64,000 nt of DNA from Nitrospirae bacterium JdFR-85 (GCA_002011745.1 MTOU01000007.1:30036-94035); one strand, 5' to 3'. Counted from the stretch's first letter, positions 1-9,649 are shown. Notes: generated by a model not told the origin, from the sequence alone. Numbers and translations are program-made.

Positions 1-54
1 TTAAAGGTTTCAGCAGTAAGGATTGAAAAAGTTTAATTTTATGAGGAGGAGAAA

Positions 55-513
55 ATGTTAGAGATTTCAGAACTAAAAAAACAGATCCTTTTAAAGGACC
101 TTAGTAACGAAGAGATCGAGGTTATAAGACAGAGGATGGAAGTGAAAAACTTTCCTAAAGGGCAGATGATATTTAAGGAGGGAGAACCTACAGAGGGTAT
201 CTATCTCGTTAACAAAGGCAAAGTAGAGATATCAAAGAGTACCCCTGATGGCTGGAAACAGACCCTGGCTGTATTGACTGAAGGACATTTCTTTGGAGAG
301 CTCTCGGTAATTGAGGATAAAAAACACCATGGAGCCAATGCCAAGGCTATTGACAACACCGAGGTGTTTCTGATAAAAACAGAGGATTTTAAGGAGATGG
401 AAAACACTCATCCTAAAATGATGTACAAAATAATGAAGACAATTGCAAGAGTCTCAAGTAAAAATGTCCATTCAATGAATGAGAGGCTTATAAGGGTATT
501 GATCAGCTACTAA
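55..513 (+). CDS. stand-alone cyclic-nucleotide-binding (CAP effector-type) domain protein, no DNA-binding domain
   Basis: 152-aa ORF behind a GAGGAGGAG RBS. The FKEGEP..GIYLV.KGKV...G....LA.L..G.FFGELS pattern matches the cNMP-binding beta-roll. It is too short to carry a Crp/Fnr HTH. Confidence 0.75.
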   Translation: MLEISELKKQILLKDLSNEEIEVIRQRMEVKNFPKGQMIFKEGEPTEGIYLVNKGKVEISKSTPDGWKQTLAVLTEGHFFGELSVIEDKKHHGANAKAIDNTEVFLIKTEDFKEMENTHPKMMYKIMKTIARVSSKNVHSMNERLIRVLISY

Positions 514-539
514 AACTAAAAAACAAGGAGGAGGTAATC

Positions 540-2303
540 ATGCCACTGGATCCAAGAAAGCATGCAGACTGGGAAATTGCTGAAGAGGCAGAAAAACATA
601 TGAAGACAGTTTATCAGCTTGCTGAAGAGATGGGACTTGAGAAAGAGGAACTGTTACCTCATGGCCACTATGTAGCAAAGGTTGATTACAAGAGTGTACT
701 TGAGAGACTGAAGGACCGGCCTGACGGAAAGTATATCGATGTCACAGCCATCACTCCTACACCACTTGGAGAGGGTAAATCAACCACCACTATAGGACTT
801 CTTCAGGGCATGGGTAAAAGGGGTAAAAATGTGATGGCTGCAATAAGACAGCCATCAGGTGGACCCACCATGAATATAAAGGGGTCTGCAGCAGGTGGTG
901 GTCTGTCTCAGTGTATCCCTCTCACACCATTCTCACTTGGACTCACCGGTGACATCAATGCAATTATGAATGCCCATAATCTTGCTATGGTTGCCCTCAC
1001 AGCAAGGATGCAGCATGAGTTCAATTACACTGATGAACAGCTCGCAAAGAGAAACCTCAAAAGGCTGAATATTGATCCGAGAAATGTCCAGATGGGCTGG
1101 ATAATCGACTTCTGTGCACAGGCATTGAGAAAGATCATAATAGGTATTGGTGGCAAGATGGATGGATTCATGATGGAGTCTCGGTTTGATATTGCTGTCT
1201 CCTCTGAGGTAATGGCTATACTCTCGGTGGCAAATGACCTGAAGGACTTTCGTGAAAGGATTGGAAAGATCGTTGTTGCCTATGACAAACAGGGAAATCC
1301 TGTCACCACAGAGGACTTGGAAGTGGCAGGCGCAATGACTGCATGGATGGTGGATGCACTGAATCCAAATCTTATGCAGTCAATAGAGGGCCAACCTGTA
1401 CTGGTACATGCAGGACCTTTTGCAAACATTGCAATAGGCCAGTCATCTATAATTGCAGACAGAGTAGGCCTGAAACTGGCAGACTATCATATTACAGAGA
1501 GCGGTTTCGGTGCTGATATAGGATTTGAGAAGTTCTGGAACCTGAAGTGCCGTTTCTCAGGACTGAAACCCCATGCAGCAGTAATCGTTGCTACAATCAG
1601 GGCACTGAAGTGCCATGGAGGAGCACCTGTACCTGTACCAGGAAGACCGATCCCTAAGGAGTACTATGAAGAGAATGTAGAGTGGGTGGAGAAGGGATGT
1701 GCAAATCTGGTACATCATATCAACACTGTAAGGAAGGCAGGGATTAATCCTGTAGTCTGTATAAATGCATTCCATACAGACACCCAAGATGAGATAAACA
1801 CTGTAAAGAGGATCGCGGAAGAAGCAGGTGCCAGAGTTGCAGTAAGCGAACACTGGCTTAAAGGTGGAGAAGGTGCCCTGGAACTGGCAGATGCAGTAAT
1901 TGATGCCTGTGAAGAGGGCAATGACTTTAGATTCTTATATGAGATTGACCTGCCACAGACCCAGAGAATAGAAAGAATAGCAAAAGAGGTCTATGGCGCA
2001 GATGGAGTAGAGTATACACCACAGGCGCTGCAGAAGCTCAAGGCTATAGAAGGCGATCCTGAACTCTCTAAACTGGGCACCTGTATGGTGAAGACACATC
2101 TCAGCCTTAGTGATAATCCAAATCTTAAAGGAGTACCAAAAGGTTGGAAGCTCTTTGTTAGGGATGTGCTCGTATTTAAGGGAGCAGGCTTTGTTGTACC
2201 TGTGGCAGGTGATATAAAACTTATGCCTGGGACATCTTCTGATCCTGCCTACAGAAGAATAGATGTGGATGTGGAAACAGGAAAAGTAAAAGGACTATTC
2301 TAA
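540..2303 (+). CDS. fhs: formate--tetrahydrofolate ligase
   Basis: 587 aa, [30 protein letters not shown]-loop and full-length FTHFS-like sequence. Confidence 0.95.
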   Translation: MPLDPRKHADWEIAEEAEKHMKTVYQLAEEMGLEKEELLPHGHYVAKVDYKSVLERLKDRPDGKYIDVTAITPTPLGEGKSTTTIGLLQGMGKRGKNVMAAIRQPSGGPTMNIKGSAAGGGLSQCIPLTPFSLGLTGDINAIMNAHNLAMVALTARMQHEFNYTDEQLAKRNLKRLNIDPRNVQMGWIIDFCAQALRKIIIGIGGKMDGFMMESRFDIAVSSEVMAILSVANDLKDFRERIGKIVVAYDKQGNPVTTEDLEVAGAMTAWMVDALNPNLMQSIEGQPVLVHAGPFANIAIGQSSIIADRVGLKLADYHITESGFGADIGFEKFWNLKCRFSGLKPHAAVIVATIRALKCHGGAPVPVPGRPIPKEYYEENVEWVEKGCANLVHHINTVRKAGINPVVCINAFHTDTQDEINTVKRIAEEAGARVAVSEHWLKGGEGALELADAVIDACEEGNDFRFLYEIDLPQTQRIERIAKEVYGADGVEYTPQALQKLKAIEGDPELSKLGTCMVKTHLSLSDNPNLKGVPKGWKLFVRDVLVFKGAGFVVPVAGDIKLMPGTSSDPAYRRIDVDVETGKVKGLF

Positions 2304-2307
2304 ATAT

Positions 2308-2328
2308 AAGGGGGCTTTAAGCCCCCTT
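2308..2328 (+). terminator. hairpin just after the fhs stop (weak T-tract)
   Basis: AAGGGGGC-TTTAA-GCCCCCTT stem-loop 5 nt after the stop. The downstream tract is TTCCTC, so it is not a canonical U-run. Confidence 0.4.
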
Positions 2329-2388
2329 CCTCAAACCTTCCCCTAAATTTCTATATAGTTCTTCCTTATCATCCATCCTTTTTTATTG

Positions 2389-2412
2389 TAGCTATGATTT
2401 ACATCATAGCTA
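2389..2412 (+). promoter_or_regulatory. perfect 10-4-10 palindrome upstream of hcp (FNR/CRP-box-like geometry)
   Basis: TAGCTATGAT-TTAC-ATCATAGCTA. The core aTGAT-N4-ATCAt resembles TTGAT-N4-ATCAA. Its centre lies about 92 nt upstream of the hcp ATG. Confidence 0.5.
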
Positions 2413-2492
2413 ACGTACAGGGCTTTATTGCATTATTAATCCATAGATGCATCTGCATCATTTAAAAATTCACCTGATAAGGAGGTAAACTT

Positions 2493-4157
2493 ATGTTTTG
2501 TTATCAATGCGAACAGGCTGCAAAGGGAACAGGATGTACAAGAGTTGGAATTTGTGGAAAGTCCCCTATTGTCTCAGCACTTCAGGACCTTCTTGAGCAT
2601 GCTCTGAGAACCCTGGCGGTTTATGCTGTGGAGGCAAGAAGAAAAGGTATCACAGACAACGAAGTAAATGCCTTTACCACAGACGCTCTTTTTGCTACCT
2701 TAACCAATGTCAACTTTGATGACCAAAGTACTGCAGTACTTATAAAAAAGGCTGTGGAACTGAGAGAACGGTTAAAAGAACGGGCAAAGATCTCTATTAA
2801 TAACAACACAGTAGATTTTATTCCTGCCCCTGATATTGAAGGTATGGTAGCACAGGCACTACTTTATGATATTAACTCCCTTCATGATGACCCCGATATC
2901 CGTTCACTTATGCATACAGTACTCTATGGACTCAAAGGTATAGCTGCCTATGCAGTCCATGCAAGAGAACTTGGAAAAGAAGATGATTCGGTTTATTCGT
3001 TTATCCATGAAGCACTGGCATCTATGTTTAATAGAGACCTTACTTTGAATGATTGGGTGCAGATAGCACTTAAATGTGGTGAGGTAAATCTGAAGGTTAT
3101 GGAACTACTTGATGCTGCAAACACCGGTCGTTATGGAGACCCTGTACCAACCGAGGTCTCCTTAGGCGCTAAAAAAGGTAAAGCTATACTGGTCTCAGGC
3201 CACGACTTAAAAGACCTTGAAGAGATACTTAAACAGACAGAAGGCAAAGGCATTAATGTCTACACTCATGGAGAAATGCTCCCAGCCCATGGTTATCCAG
3301 AACTGAAGAAGTATAAACATCTCGTAGGTCATTATGGTACAGCCTGGCATAATCAACAGAAAGAGTTTGCCAAGTTTCCTGGTGCAATAGTGATGACAAC
3401 TAACTGTTTACAAAAGCCTTTAGATTCTTATAAAGACAACATTTTTACCTCTGGTCCAGTCCAGTGGCCTGGTGTAATCCATATAGAAAATCGTGATTTC
3501 TCCCCTGTTATAAAACGTGCACTTGAATTACCTGGTTTTGAGGAGGATATCCCAGGCAAAACTGTGATGACAGGATTTGCAAGAAATGCTGTTCTTTCAG
3601 TAGCTGACAAGATAGTAGAAGCAGTAAAAGCCGGCAAAATAAAACACTTCTTTCTCGTAGGTGGTTGTGATGGTGCCAAGCCAGAAAGGGATTATTACAG
3701 TAAGTTTGTAGAACTGGTCCCGAAAGACTGTATCATTCTGACTCTTGCCTGTGGAAAGTTCCGTTTCTTTGATAAAAACCTTGGTGACATAGACGGGATT
3801 CCGAGACTACTCGATATAGGTCAGTGTAATGACGCTTATTCAGCAATAAAGATAGCCCTTGCATTAGCAGAGGCATTCAAGGTCAGTGTGAATGAGCTGC
3901 CCCTTTCCTTTGTGCTCTCTTGGTATGAACAAAAGGCCGTCTCAATACTGCTTACACTGCTCTACTTAGGTATAAAGAATATCAGACTTGGACCAACTCT
4001 ACCAGCATTTCTTACTCCAAATGTGGTTAATTTCCTTGTGGAAAACTATAACATTCAGCCTATAAAAACGCCTGAAGAAGACCTGATGAATATGCTTTGT
4101 GGTGAGGATAAAGAAAATAAAGACTGTCTGGAACTTGCGGAAAGACTGACTATTTAA
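2493..4157 (+). CDS. hcp: hybrid-cluster protein / hydroxylamine reductase
   Basis: 554 aa. N-terminal MFCYQCEQ...GC....GICGK (C-x2-C-x8-C-x5-C) and full-length Hcp-like sequence. TAAGGAGG RBS. Confidence 0.95.
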   Translation: MFCYQCEQAAKGTGCTRVGICGKSPIVSALQDLLEHALRTLAVYAVEARRKGITDNEVNAFTTDALFATLTNVNFDDQSTAVLIKKAVELRERLKERAKISINNNTVDFIPAPDIEGMVAQALLYDINSLHDDPDIRSLMHTVLYGLKGIAAYAVHARELGKEDDSVYSFIHEALASMFNRDLTLNDWVQIALKCGEVNLKVMELLDAANTGRYGDPVPTEVSLGAKKGKAILVSGHDLKDLEEILKQTEGKGINVYTHGEMLPAHGYPELKKYKHLVGHYGTAWHNQQKEFAKFPGAIVMTTNCLQKPLDSYKDNIFTSGPVQWPGVIHIENRDFSPVIKRALELPGFEEDIPGKTVMTGFARNAVLSVADKIVEAVKAGKIKHFFLVGGCDGAKPERDYYSKFVELVPKDCIILTLACGKFRFFDKNLGDIDGIPRLLDIGQCNDAYSAIKIALALAEAFKVSVNELPLSFVLSWYEQKAVSILLTLLYLGIKNIRLGPTLPAFLTPNVVNFLVENYNIQPIKTPEEDLMNMLCGEDKENKDCLELAERLTI

Positions 4158-4164
4158 TATAAAT

Positions 4165-4191
4165 TGACCCTGCGGTTTTACCGCAGGGTCA
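4165..4191. terminator. bidirectional hairpin between convergent hcp and the DUF4198-like gene
   Basis: TGACCCTGCGG-TTTTA-CCGCAGGGTCA, a perfect 11-bp stem flanked by A/T-rich sequence on both sides. Confidence 0.7.
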
Positions 4192-4200
4192 GAAAATCTT

Positions 4201-4911
4201 TTATTTTATCTTAAAAGTTAAAGAGGCTGAAAAGTCAATTTTGTGGTTACAAACAACCATCCACAGGCCAGACTTAGTAATTTTAATATATGCATTACCA
4301 TTTTGATCACTTTTAGTAATCACAGGAAATGGCTCACTCTCTGACCAGTATCCTGCATAAGTTGCATACACATATGTGGACAGGGGCTTACCCTCAAAGA
4401 GTATCTTTACTGGAAAATCTTCTCCTGCCCTAACATCACGAGGATTCTTTAAAGGGATAATCTCTATCCTGTGCCCCAAAGGAAAACTCAGATTCTTGGT
4501 GTTTTTATTATTCACCACAACAATGGCCTTACCATACTTTTCTGAAGGAACCTGTGACTTGTTTCCTTTTCTTATTCTTCCTGCAGCAATAACATAGCTT
4601 CCTTCAGAAAGGACTATTTCTGCAACAAGACTCCCCTTTCTCTCCCCTTTTCTATCTTCCCATACATTTGTAATTAATCTCTTTTCTCCATTGGGTGCTA
4701 CATAAGAGAACCCACTTATCTGCTCTTTCGGTATCAGGATATCCTCAAAGGGGAAATTATGACCAAATATAACCTTCACCTGGATTTCCTCTCCTGTCTC
4801 TGGATAATACTCGCTTGCATAAAGCCAGAGATCATGAGCCTTAACCGTTGTAAAGAAAAACACAACACATAAAAGATTTAGAACTGCTGTTATAACATAC
4901 ATTCTCTTCAT
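4201..4911 (-). CDS. DUF4198-like periplasmic protein (NikM-type Ni/Co-uptake-associated family), signal peptide
   Basis: 236 aa. Hydrophobic N-terminus followed by the AHDLWL motif typical of DUF4198. It sits 15 nt downstream of a TonB-dependent receptor gene. Confidence 0.7.
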   Translation of the reverse strand: MKRMYVITAVLNLLCVVFFFTTVKAHDLWLYASEYYPETGEEIQVKVIFGHNFPFEDILIPKEQISGFSYVAPNGEKRLITNVWEDRKGERKGSLVAEIVLSEGSYVIAAGRIRKGNKSQVPSEKYGKAIVVVNNKNTKNLSFPLGHRIEIIPLKNPRDVRAGEDFPVKILFEGKPLSTYVYATYAGYWSESEPFPVITKSDQNGNAYIKITKSGLWMVVCNHKIDFSASLTFKIK

Positions 4912-4926
4912 AAGGTCCTCCTTTCT

Positions 4927-6822
4927 CTAAAAGTCTATTTTAAATTTTGCCAACCATGTGGCACCTCGCCAATCACGATTGGGCTCTCCATAATCAGAAT
5001 TAAAAATATTATCACCCTCTAAGGATACAGAGGCCCTGTCAGTAACTCTTTTGATAAGCTTTACATCAACTAAGGAGTAACTATCTATAGACTTGGTATT
5101 ACTGTTATCTGTATACATCTCACTTACCCACTGGGCTCCTATATCCAAAATGATTCCCGACGGCTGATAATTAAACATTACATGAGTTGTAAAATTGTGG
5201 TGTGGTGAGTATGTAAGCTCTTTGCCCGTATCTCTGTTTTCTGTATCAAGATAGGTATAGCCTATATTTAACAATAAAAGCTCTCTTATTAAAGCAAGCT
5301 TTACCCCCACCTCTACTCCTTGGATATAGGCTCTTTCTACATTTTCATAGGTTTTCACAGGAAGTCCATCTATTGTCTCATCTGGATCAACTCTTATGAT
5401 CTTGTTTTCCACATCACTTCTGAAAAGGGTAATATTACCGAGAAACCTTTCTCCAAAAATATGCTCTAATCCTACTGAATAGCCCCATGCTGTTTCTGCC
5501 TCAAGATCAGGATTAGATTTATACCAATACTCTCCATGTTTATATGGCTCAGCATAGTAGGCCTGGCGGATAGTAGGAGATTTGAATCCTCTACCTACAG
5601 ATGCCCGTATCTTTGTCTGATCTCCTATTTCTAATAACAGACTCACCTTTGGACAGAACTCTGTACCATACTGGGAATGGTGATCCAAACGTGCCCCTAA
5701 AACTATATTCACAGGGATCCCTACAAAAAATTCAGCTTCGTCCTGAATATATCCACTGCTCAGATGGAGTGTTTTATTAGCCATGGTATAATTTAATTCT
5801 TCTTGTAGATACTCAACACCAAAGGTTACTAAATGGTTTGTTCCTAAGGGCTTGGTATAACGGGCTTCTGCATATCTATAGTACATATCTCCCCGGTAAA
5901 GTGTGTATGGATAAGGATCTGAACCATAGGAATCACCATCAAAATCCCAGTTATAATAATAACCCTGAAGTATTAATAGAGAATTATCATCAAAGGTTGC
6001 TCTAATCTGTGGAGCAATACGATATTTATAGTATTTTTTTAAAACCGTAGTGTCTCGATTTAAATATTCACGCGTTCTGTTTTCTTCCTGCACAGAAAGT
6101 TTAAGTCCTAAGGTAAGTCTTCTATTCAATTTATAGGATAGCTTAGTTTCCAAACTCGTTCTTTCATAGGTCTCATTTCTGTTTTTATTTATCCCATATT
6201 CACCCATGTCTGACTCTTCTCTTGCAGTCTGTAGAAGCATCCCTAAGGAATTTATTTTCGTTCCCCAGTACAGATACTCTATATTTGTATCGTAACTTCC
6301 ATAGCCCATCTCAAATCCATAGATGGTTCTCTCTGGAGCAGGTTTTGTAATGATATTCACCACACCACCTAAGGCGTCACTCCCATACAATACTGAACTT
6401 GGACCTTTTACAATCTCTATCTTCTCTATCATCTGTATTGGAACCTGATTAAGACCTATCCCATAATCACCCATCCCACCACCTTTAACCCGTTGCCCAT
6501 CTACTAAAACAAGACCATACCCATCATTAAAGGTTAATCCCCTTATCTTTGCTCTCCAACTGGAGATACCAGCAGTGTCTTCACTCCTTATGAACAGGCC
6601 AGGAGTATATCGCAGGAGGTCACTAACAGTCTGGGCACTGTATTTCTCAATCTCCTTGTTGGTTATAACTACAGTCTCTACAGGCACATCTTCTAACAAA
6701 TGAGGGGTTTTTGTAGCAGTAACAACGATCTCCTTTAGATTCCATGTATCATTCTGTGCATCTGCCCATGCAAACCCATTTAGGAGATACCAAAACAACA
6801 AAAAGATAAATATCTTCCTCAT
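4927..6822 (-). CDS. TonB-dependent outer-membrane receptor
   Basis: 631 aa. Signal peptide, plug-domain motifs (EIVVTAT, DLLRYTPG, RGL....VLVDG, IEIVKGPSSVLYGS..LGGVVNIIT) and a C-terminal terminal-F beta-barrel ending (KFKIDF). AGGAGGAGG RBS. Confidence 0.93.
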   Translation of the reverse strand: MRKIFIFLLFWYLLNGFAWADAQNDTWNLKEIVVTATKTPHLLEDVPVETVVITNKEIEKYSAQTVSDLLRYTPGLFIRSEDTAGISSWRAKIRGLTFNDGYGLVLVDGQRVKGGGMGDYGIGLNQVPIQMIEKIEIVKGPSSVLYGSDALGGVVNIITKPAPERTIYGFEMGYGSYDTNIEYLYWGTKINSLGMLLQTAREESDMGEYGINKNRNETYERTSLETKLSYKLNRRLTLGLKLSVQEENRTREYLNRDTTVLKKYYKYRIAPQIRATFDDNSLLILQGYYYNWDFDGDSYGSDPYPYTLYRGDMYYRYAEARYTKPLGTNHLVTFGVEYLQEELNYTMANKTLHLSSGYIQDEAEFFVGIPVNIVLGARLDHHSQYGTEFCPKVSLLLEIGDQTKIRASVGRGFKSPTIRQAYYAEPYKHGEYWYKSNPDLEAETAWGYSVGLEHIFGERFLGNITLFRSDVENKIIRVDPDETIDGLPVKTYENVERAYIQGVEVGVKLALIRELLLLNIGYTYLDTENRDTGKELTYSPHHNFTTHVMFNYQPSGIILDIGAQWVSEMYTDNSNTKSIDSYSLVDVKLIKRVTDRASVSLEGDNIFNSDYGEPNRDWRGATWLAKFKIDF

Positions 6823-6870
6823 CGTCCTCCTCCTAATATAAAGTTTTTAAAATCTTCGGCATCTTTCGTC

Positions 6871-6929
6871 CAAAAACAAAAAGGCCAGCAAAACTGCCTG
6901 GTTTCATACCAAAAGCAGCCTTCCTGGCC
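6871..6929 (-). promoter_or_regulatory. intrinsic-terminator-like hairpin inside the 5' leader of the TonB-dependent receptor gene (attenuator or riboswitch expression-platform candidate)
   Basis: Minus-sense GGCCAG-GAAGG-CTGC...GCAG-TTTTG-CTGGCC followed by TTTTTGTTTTTGG, about 50 nt before the ATG. An upstream CCTGG (6935-6939) can pair alternatively with the CCAGG in the 5' arm. Confidence 0.5.
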
Positions 6930-7017
6930 TTTTTCCAGGTTAAACTTTGTTAAACTTTAAAAATTATTTTAGATTTTAACTTGGCGACCTTCTTGGTCTG
7001 TTCAACAAAGACAAACA

Positions 7018-7047
7018 ATTTTAAACCTATCTTTTAACAACTGTCAA
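7018..7047 (-). promoter_or_regulatory. sigma70-type promoter for the TonB-dependent receptor leader
   Basis: Minus-sense TTGACA (7047-7042), an 18-nt spacer, then TAAAAT (7023-7018). Confidence 0.5.
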
Positions 7048-7089
7048 CTATTTGGTTCTATCTTTGGAAAAAAATAAATTTATCTTGTA

Positions 7090-8067
7090 TTAAGGCCTTA
7101 TCTTATAAGTAAAATTCAATATAAAATCAGGCGCGCCAGAGGTATTCAGGTCTTCTGTTAGAGAAACCTCAAAACTCCTGTTCCCTGAATAATACCTACT
7201 GCCTATGGACAAAAGAAAAGCAGGTCTGTCAACAGATGAAATGCCTGTCTCTGGATATACTGACGACTGCCCATAGAACTGAAGAATAATACTAAACTCT
7301 TTTCTTATCCATGTTTCCACTGCACCTCCGCCATAGAAGAAACTCCTTAAGTCCACCCGCTTGTATCCTCTAAGGTCTCCTGGAAACACCATCCCAAAAT
7401 TCCAGTATACCATAGTATCCTCAGAAATACTCTTATTAAATAGCATAGATACACCCACATCTATACTACCATTACCAAAACCCTTTTTAACGTCTCCGGT
7501 AGGCAGTTCCAGTTCCCCTTTTATACTCCATCCAAACTCCCCTACTGATATCAGAGATTTCTTGATAGCAAATCTAATATCACCTATGTTTATCTGTTCT
7601 TCGCCCTTTATAACTAATCCACCGTTTTTTCTGACTTCGTAAAGAAAGCTATTTGATGGCCTTTTGCTTCTTCCATAGTCAGGAAAACCAAAGGTATTAT
7701 GATACACTTCAAGGAAATCATCCATAAATCCTTTACTAAAAACAAACAGGGGAATATCAATACCAAGCTCAATACCTCTTTTCAGAGTTCTCTTGTATCT
7801 AAAACTAACTTCTGTAATCTCCATATCAAGGTTAACAGCCCAGTTATCTGAACCCTGCAGTGTATAAGTGCTTGAATGGGAAAGGCTGAAAGATAAGGAA
7901 TCCTCTGTTGACGCCTTCTCTAAGTAAGGCGGGCAAACATGAAGAAATATCGGATATTGATTCTTGATCTGCAATGGTCCATCAAAGGAAAACACCTTGG
8001 AGGTGAAAAAAGATAGAAACAGAAGGATAAACCAAAAAATATTTTGAATGTTATATTTAATACTCAT
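7090..8067 (-). CDS. secreted hypothetical protein, probable outer-membrane beta-barrel (DUF3187-like, tentative)
   Basis: 325 aa. N-terminal signal-like hydrophobic segment and alternating-hydrophobicity strands throughout. The family name is from memory only. Confidence 0.6.
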   Translation of the reverse strand: MSIKYNIQNIFWFILLFLSFFTSKVFSFDGPLQIKNQYPIFLHVCPPYLEKASTEDSLSFSLSHSSTYTLQGSDNWAVNLDMEITEVSFRYKRTLKRGIELGIDIPLFVFSKGFMDDFLEVYHNTFGFPDYGRSKRPSNSFLYEVRKNGGLVIKGEEQINIGDIRFAIKKSLISVGEFGWSIKGELELPTGDVKKGFGNGSIDVGVSMLFNKSISEDTMVYWNFGMVFPGDLRGYKRVDLRSFFYGGGAVETWIRKEFSIILQFYGQSSVYPETGISSVDRPAFLLSIGSRYYSGNRSFEVSLTEDLNTSGAPDFILNFTYKIRP

Positions 8068-8089
8068 TCTTCAGCTTTTCTTAAATCTC

Positions 8090-9132
8090 TTAGGCTGATT
8101 CTAAAGCCGCAAACCGATTGTCAGATAAATATAAACGCCAGTAATCATCAACCGCACTACTCTGAGCCTCTCTGCGGGCATCATCAATATCATCTTTGTA
8201 CCTCGATAATGTTGCAACAATTTCAAGACCAAATGCAGAATTTTCTGCCATTTGTAAATTATACGCAAAGCTTTCTGTGGCTCAAGCCCTTTATGATATG
8301 GCCAATCTTCAGTAAGAGCTGGTATACACATCTGCTACAGCCATTATTCTGGAACCAAGAGATAGTTTGTCCGCTCTATAATGAAAGGAAGCCCACTTGT
8401 TAATGTACTAAAATCTTTGATCCTTTGCAGCAAAGTATATGTAAAGTATGTATGGCTTCTTATAAGTTCATACCCCTTTCTGGTTATCATACTCCTTTCT
8501 GGTTAATTTATCAAGGTTTTTCTAAAATTCAGTAGGAACAGCGAGTTTACCCAAATCATGAAGATAGCCTGCTACTTGTAGCAATATGACATTTTATATC
8601 TGAAAATCCAGCTGTTTTAGCCAGCTTTTTACTCACAGCAGCAACTCCACTGGAATGGATTGCTGTAAATCGACTTCTAAACTCAATTATATAAGAACTA
8701 ACCCTATGTTTGAAGCAAGAATGATCTCAAGTTTCGATGAAACTATATTAAGCCAAAAATATTCTTTCTGAGCAAAATCTAAGAAAATTTTCTACTAACT
8801 CGGGGTAAAGTCTTATCTGTGAGAAGAGTCATATGTCTTAAGCAAGTTATATCTAAGTTCTGCATGTTTATGAGGATTTTTGATGTCGAAATGGAGGGTA
8901 TCCAATCGTTCTTTTAGTGTATAGGATATCGCTCCAATATCATGTAAAGACGCAGCAATAAATATCTCTTGTTGTTCTTTAAGAGAACAACCATACTCTT
9001 TGGCTATATTCAAAGCAATATATGCAATTCTTTGTGATAAGTGGCTATCTTTGGACTAATACAATCTACTGCTTCAGAAAGACTCATTATCAGATCAAAT
9101 AACGAAATTCTTGTTTCTCTGTTATTATCCAT
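8090..9132 (-). pseudogene. decayed tandem-HD-domain (HD-GYP-like) phosphohydrolase gene with at least 5 frame disruptions
   Basis: Minus-strand translation runs MDNNRETRISLFDLIMSLSEAVDCISPKIATYH, then shifts to QRIAYIALNIAKEYG...ASLHDIGAIS...HR*. Further shifts give IEFRSRFTAIHSSGVAAVSKKLAKTAGF, then QVAGYLHDLGKLAVPTEF*, then LDKLTRKEYD. Later pieces read ..ALTEDWPYHKGLEPQKAL and the end is ..NRFAALESA*. The parts lie in different frames separated by stops. Confidence 0.75.
8468..8505. repeat. 19-bp tandem direct duplication inside the HD-GYP-like pseudogene
   Basis: tcatacccctttctggtta (8468-8486) and tcatactcctttctggtta (8487-8505), 18/19 identical. The length is not a multiple of 3, so it shifts the frame. 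Confidence 0.9.
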
Positions 9133-9215
9133 TCCCTCCTCTACACTCTAAATAATTATTTTTTAAAAGCTTTTAAACAGTTTATTCAACCCACTTTAAT
9201 ATTGTAATATATAAA

Positions 9216-9611
9216 ATGAGCAATTTCTGGGATAATTGGGCAACAACCCATAGAAACTGGAAAGTAATAATTAGTGTAATCGGATTGCTGGGAATATTTA
9301 TATGGGCCTTAATCTTGAAGTATGAGTCTTCCTCAAAAAAACTTTTGTCTATTAAACACGAAAAGGCAGTGGTAAAAAAAATAGAAAAACTGGATCTTAG
9401 TAAAGTCCCAAGCAGATTCGGCACAAACGAGGGAGCAATACTTTACAGAGGAATTCTGGAATTACCTGATGGAACCGAAATCAGGGTTGTGCTTGTACCT
9501 CCTATACCTCAAATAGGTGACAGAGTACCTCTTTTGGTTGAAAACTATGATGATGGAACTACTTTTTATGAAATAGATAGAGAGAGGTGGCAGACAGGAG
9601 AACCCTTCTAA
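9216..9611 (+). CDS. hypothetical single-pass membrane protein
   Basis: 131 aa. One N-terminal TM segment (VIISVIGLLGIFIWALIL) followed by a small soluble domain. I recognise no family. Confidence 0.55.
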   Translation: MSNFWDNWATTHRNWKVIISVIGLLGIFIWALILKYESSSKKLLSIKHEKAVVKKIEKLDLSKVPSRFGTNEGAILYRGILELPDGTEIRVVLVPPIPQIGDRVPLLVENYDDGTTFYEIDRERWQTGEPF

Positions 9612-9649
9612 AAGACCTTCTTTCCTGCGAACAAAGAATCATAATGATA

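Noticed and set aside
6823-7089. Cobalamin riboswitch in front of the TonB-dependent receptor (a common btuB arrangement)
   Set aside because: Reading the minus-sense leader, I found no B12-box (GCCACTG-like) sequence or the flanking conserved GGTGC/AAGCC-type core elements. Only a generic terminator-antiterminator arrangement is visible, so it is reported as an unclassified attenuator candidate.
8044-9013. Track ORFs 8044-8403(+), 8101-8331(-) and 8813-9013(-) as independent small genes
   Set aside because: The two minus-strand ORFs are frame fragments of the decayed HD-GYP-like gene. The plus-strand ORF is antisense to those remnants and has no RBS.
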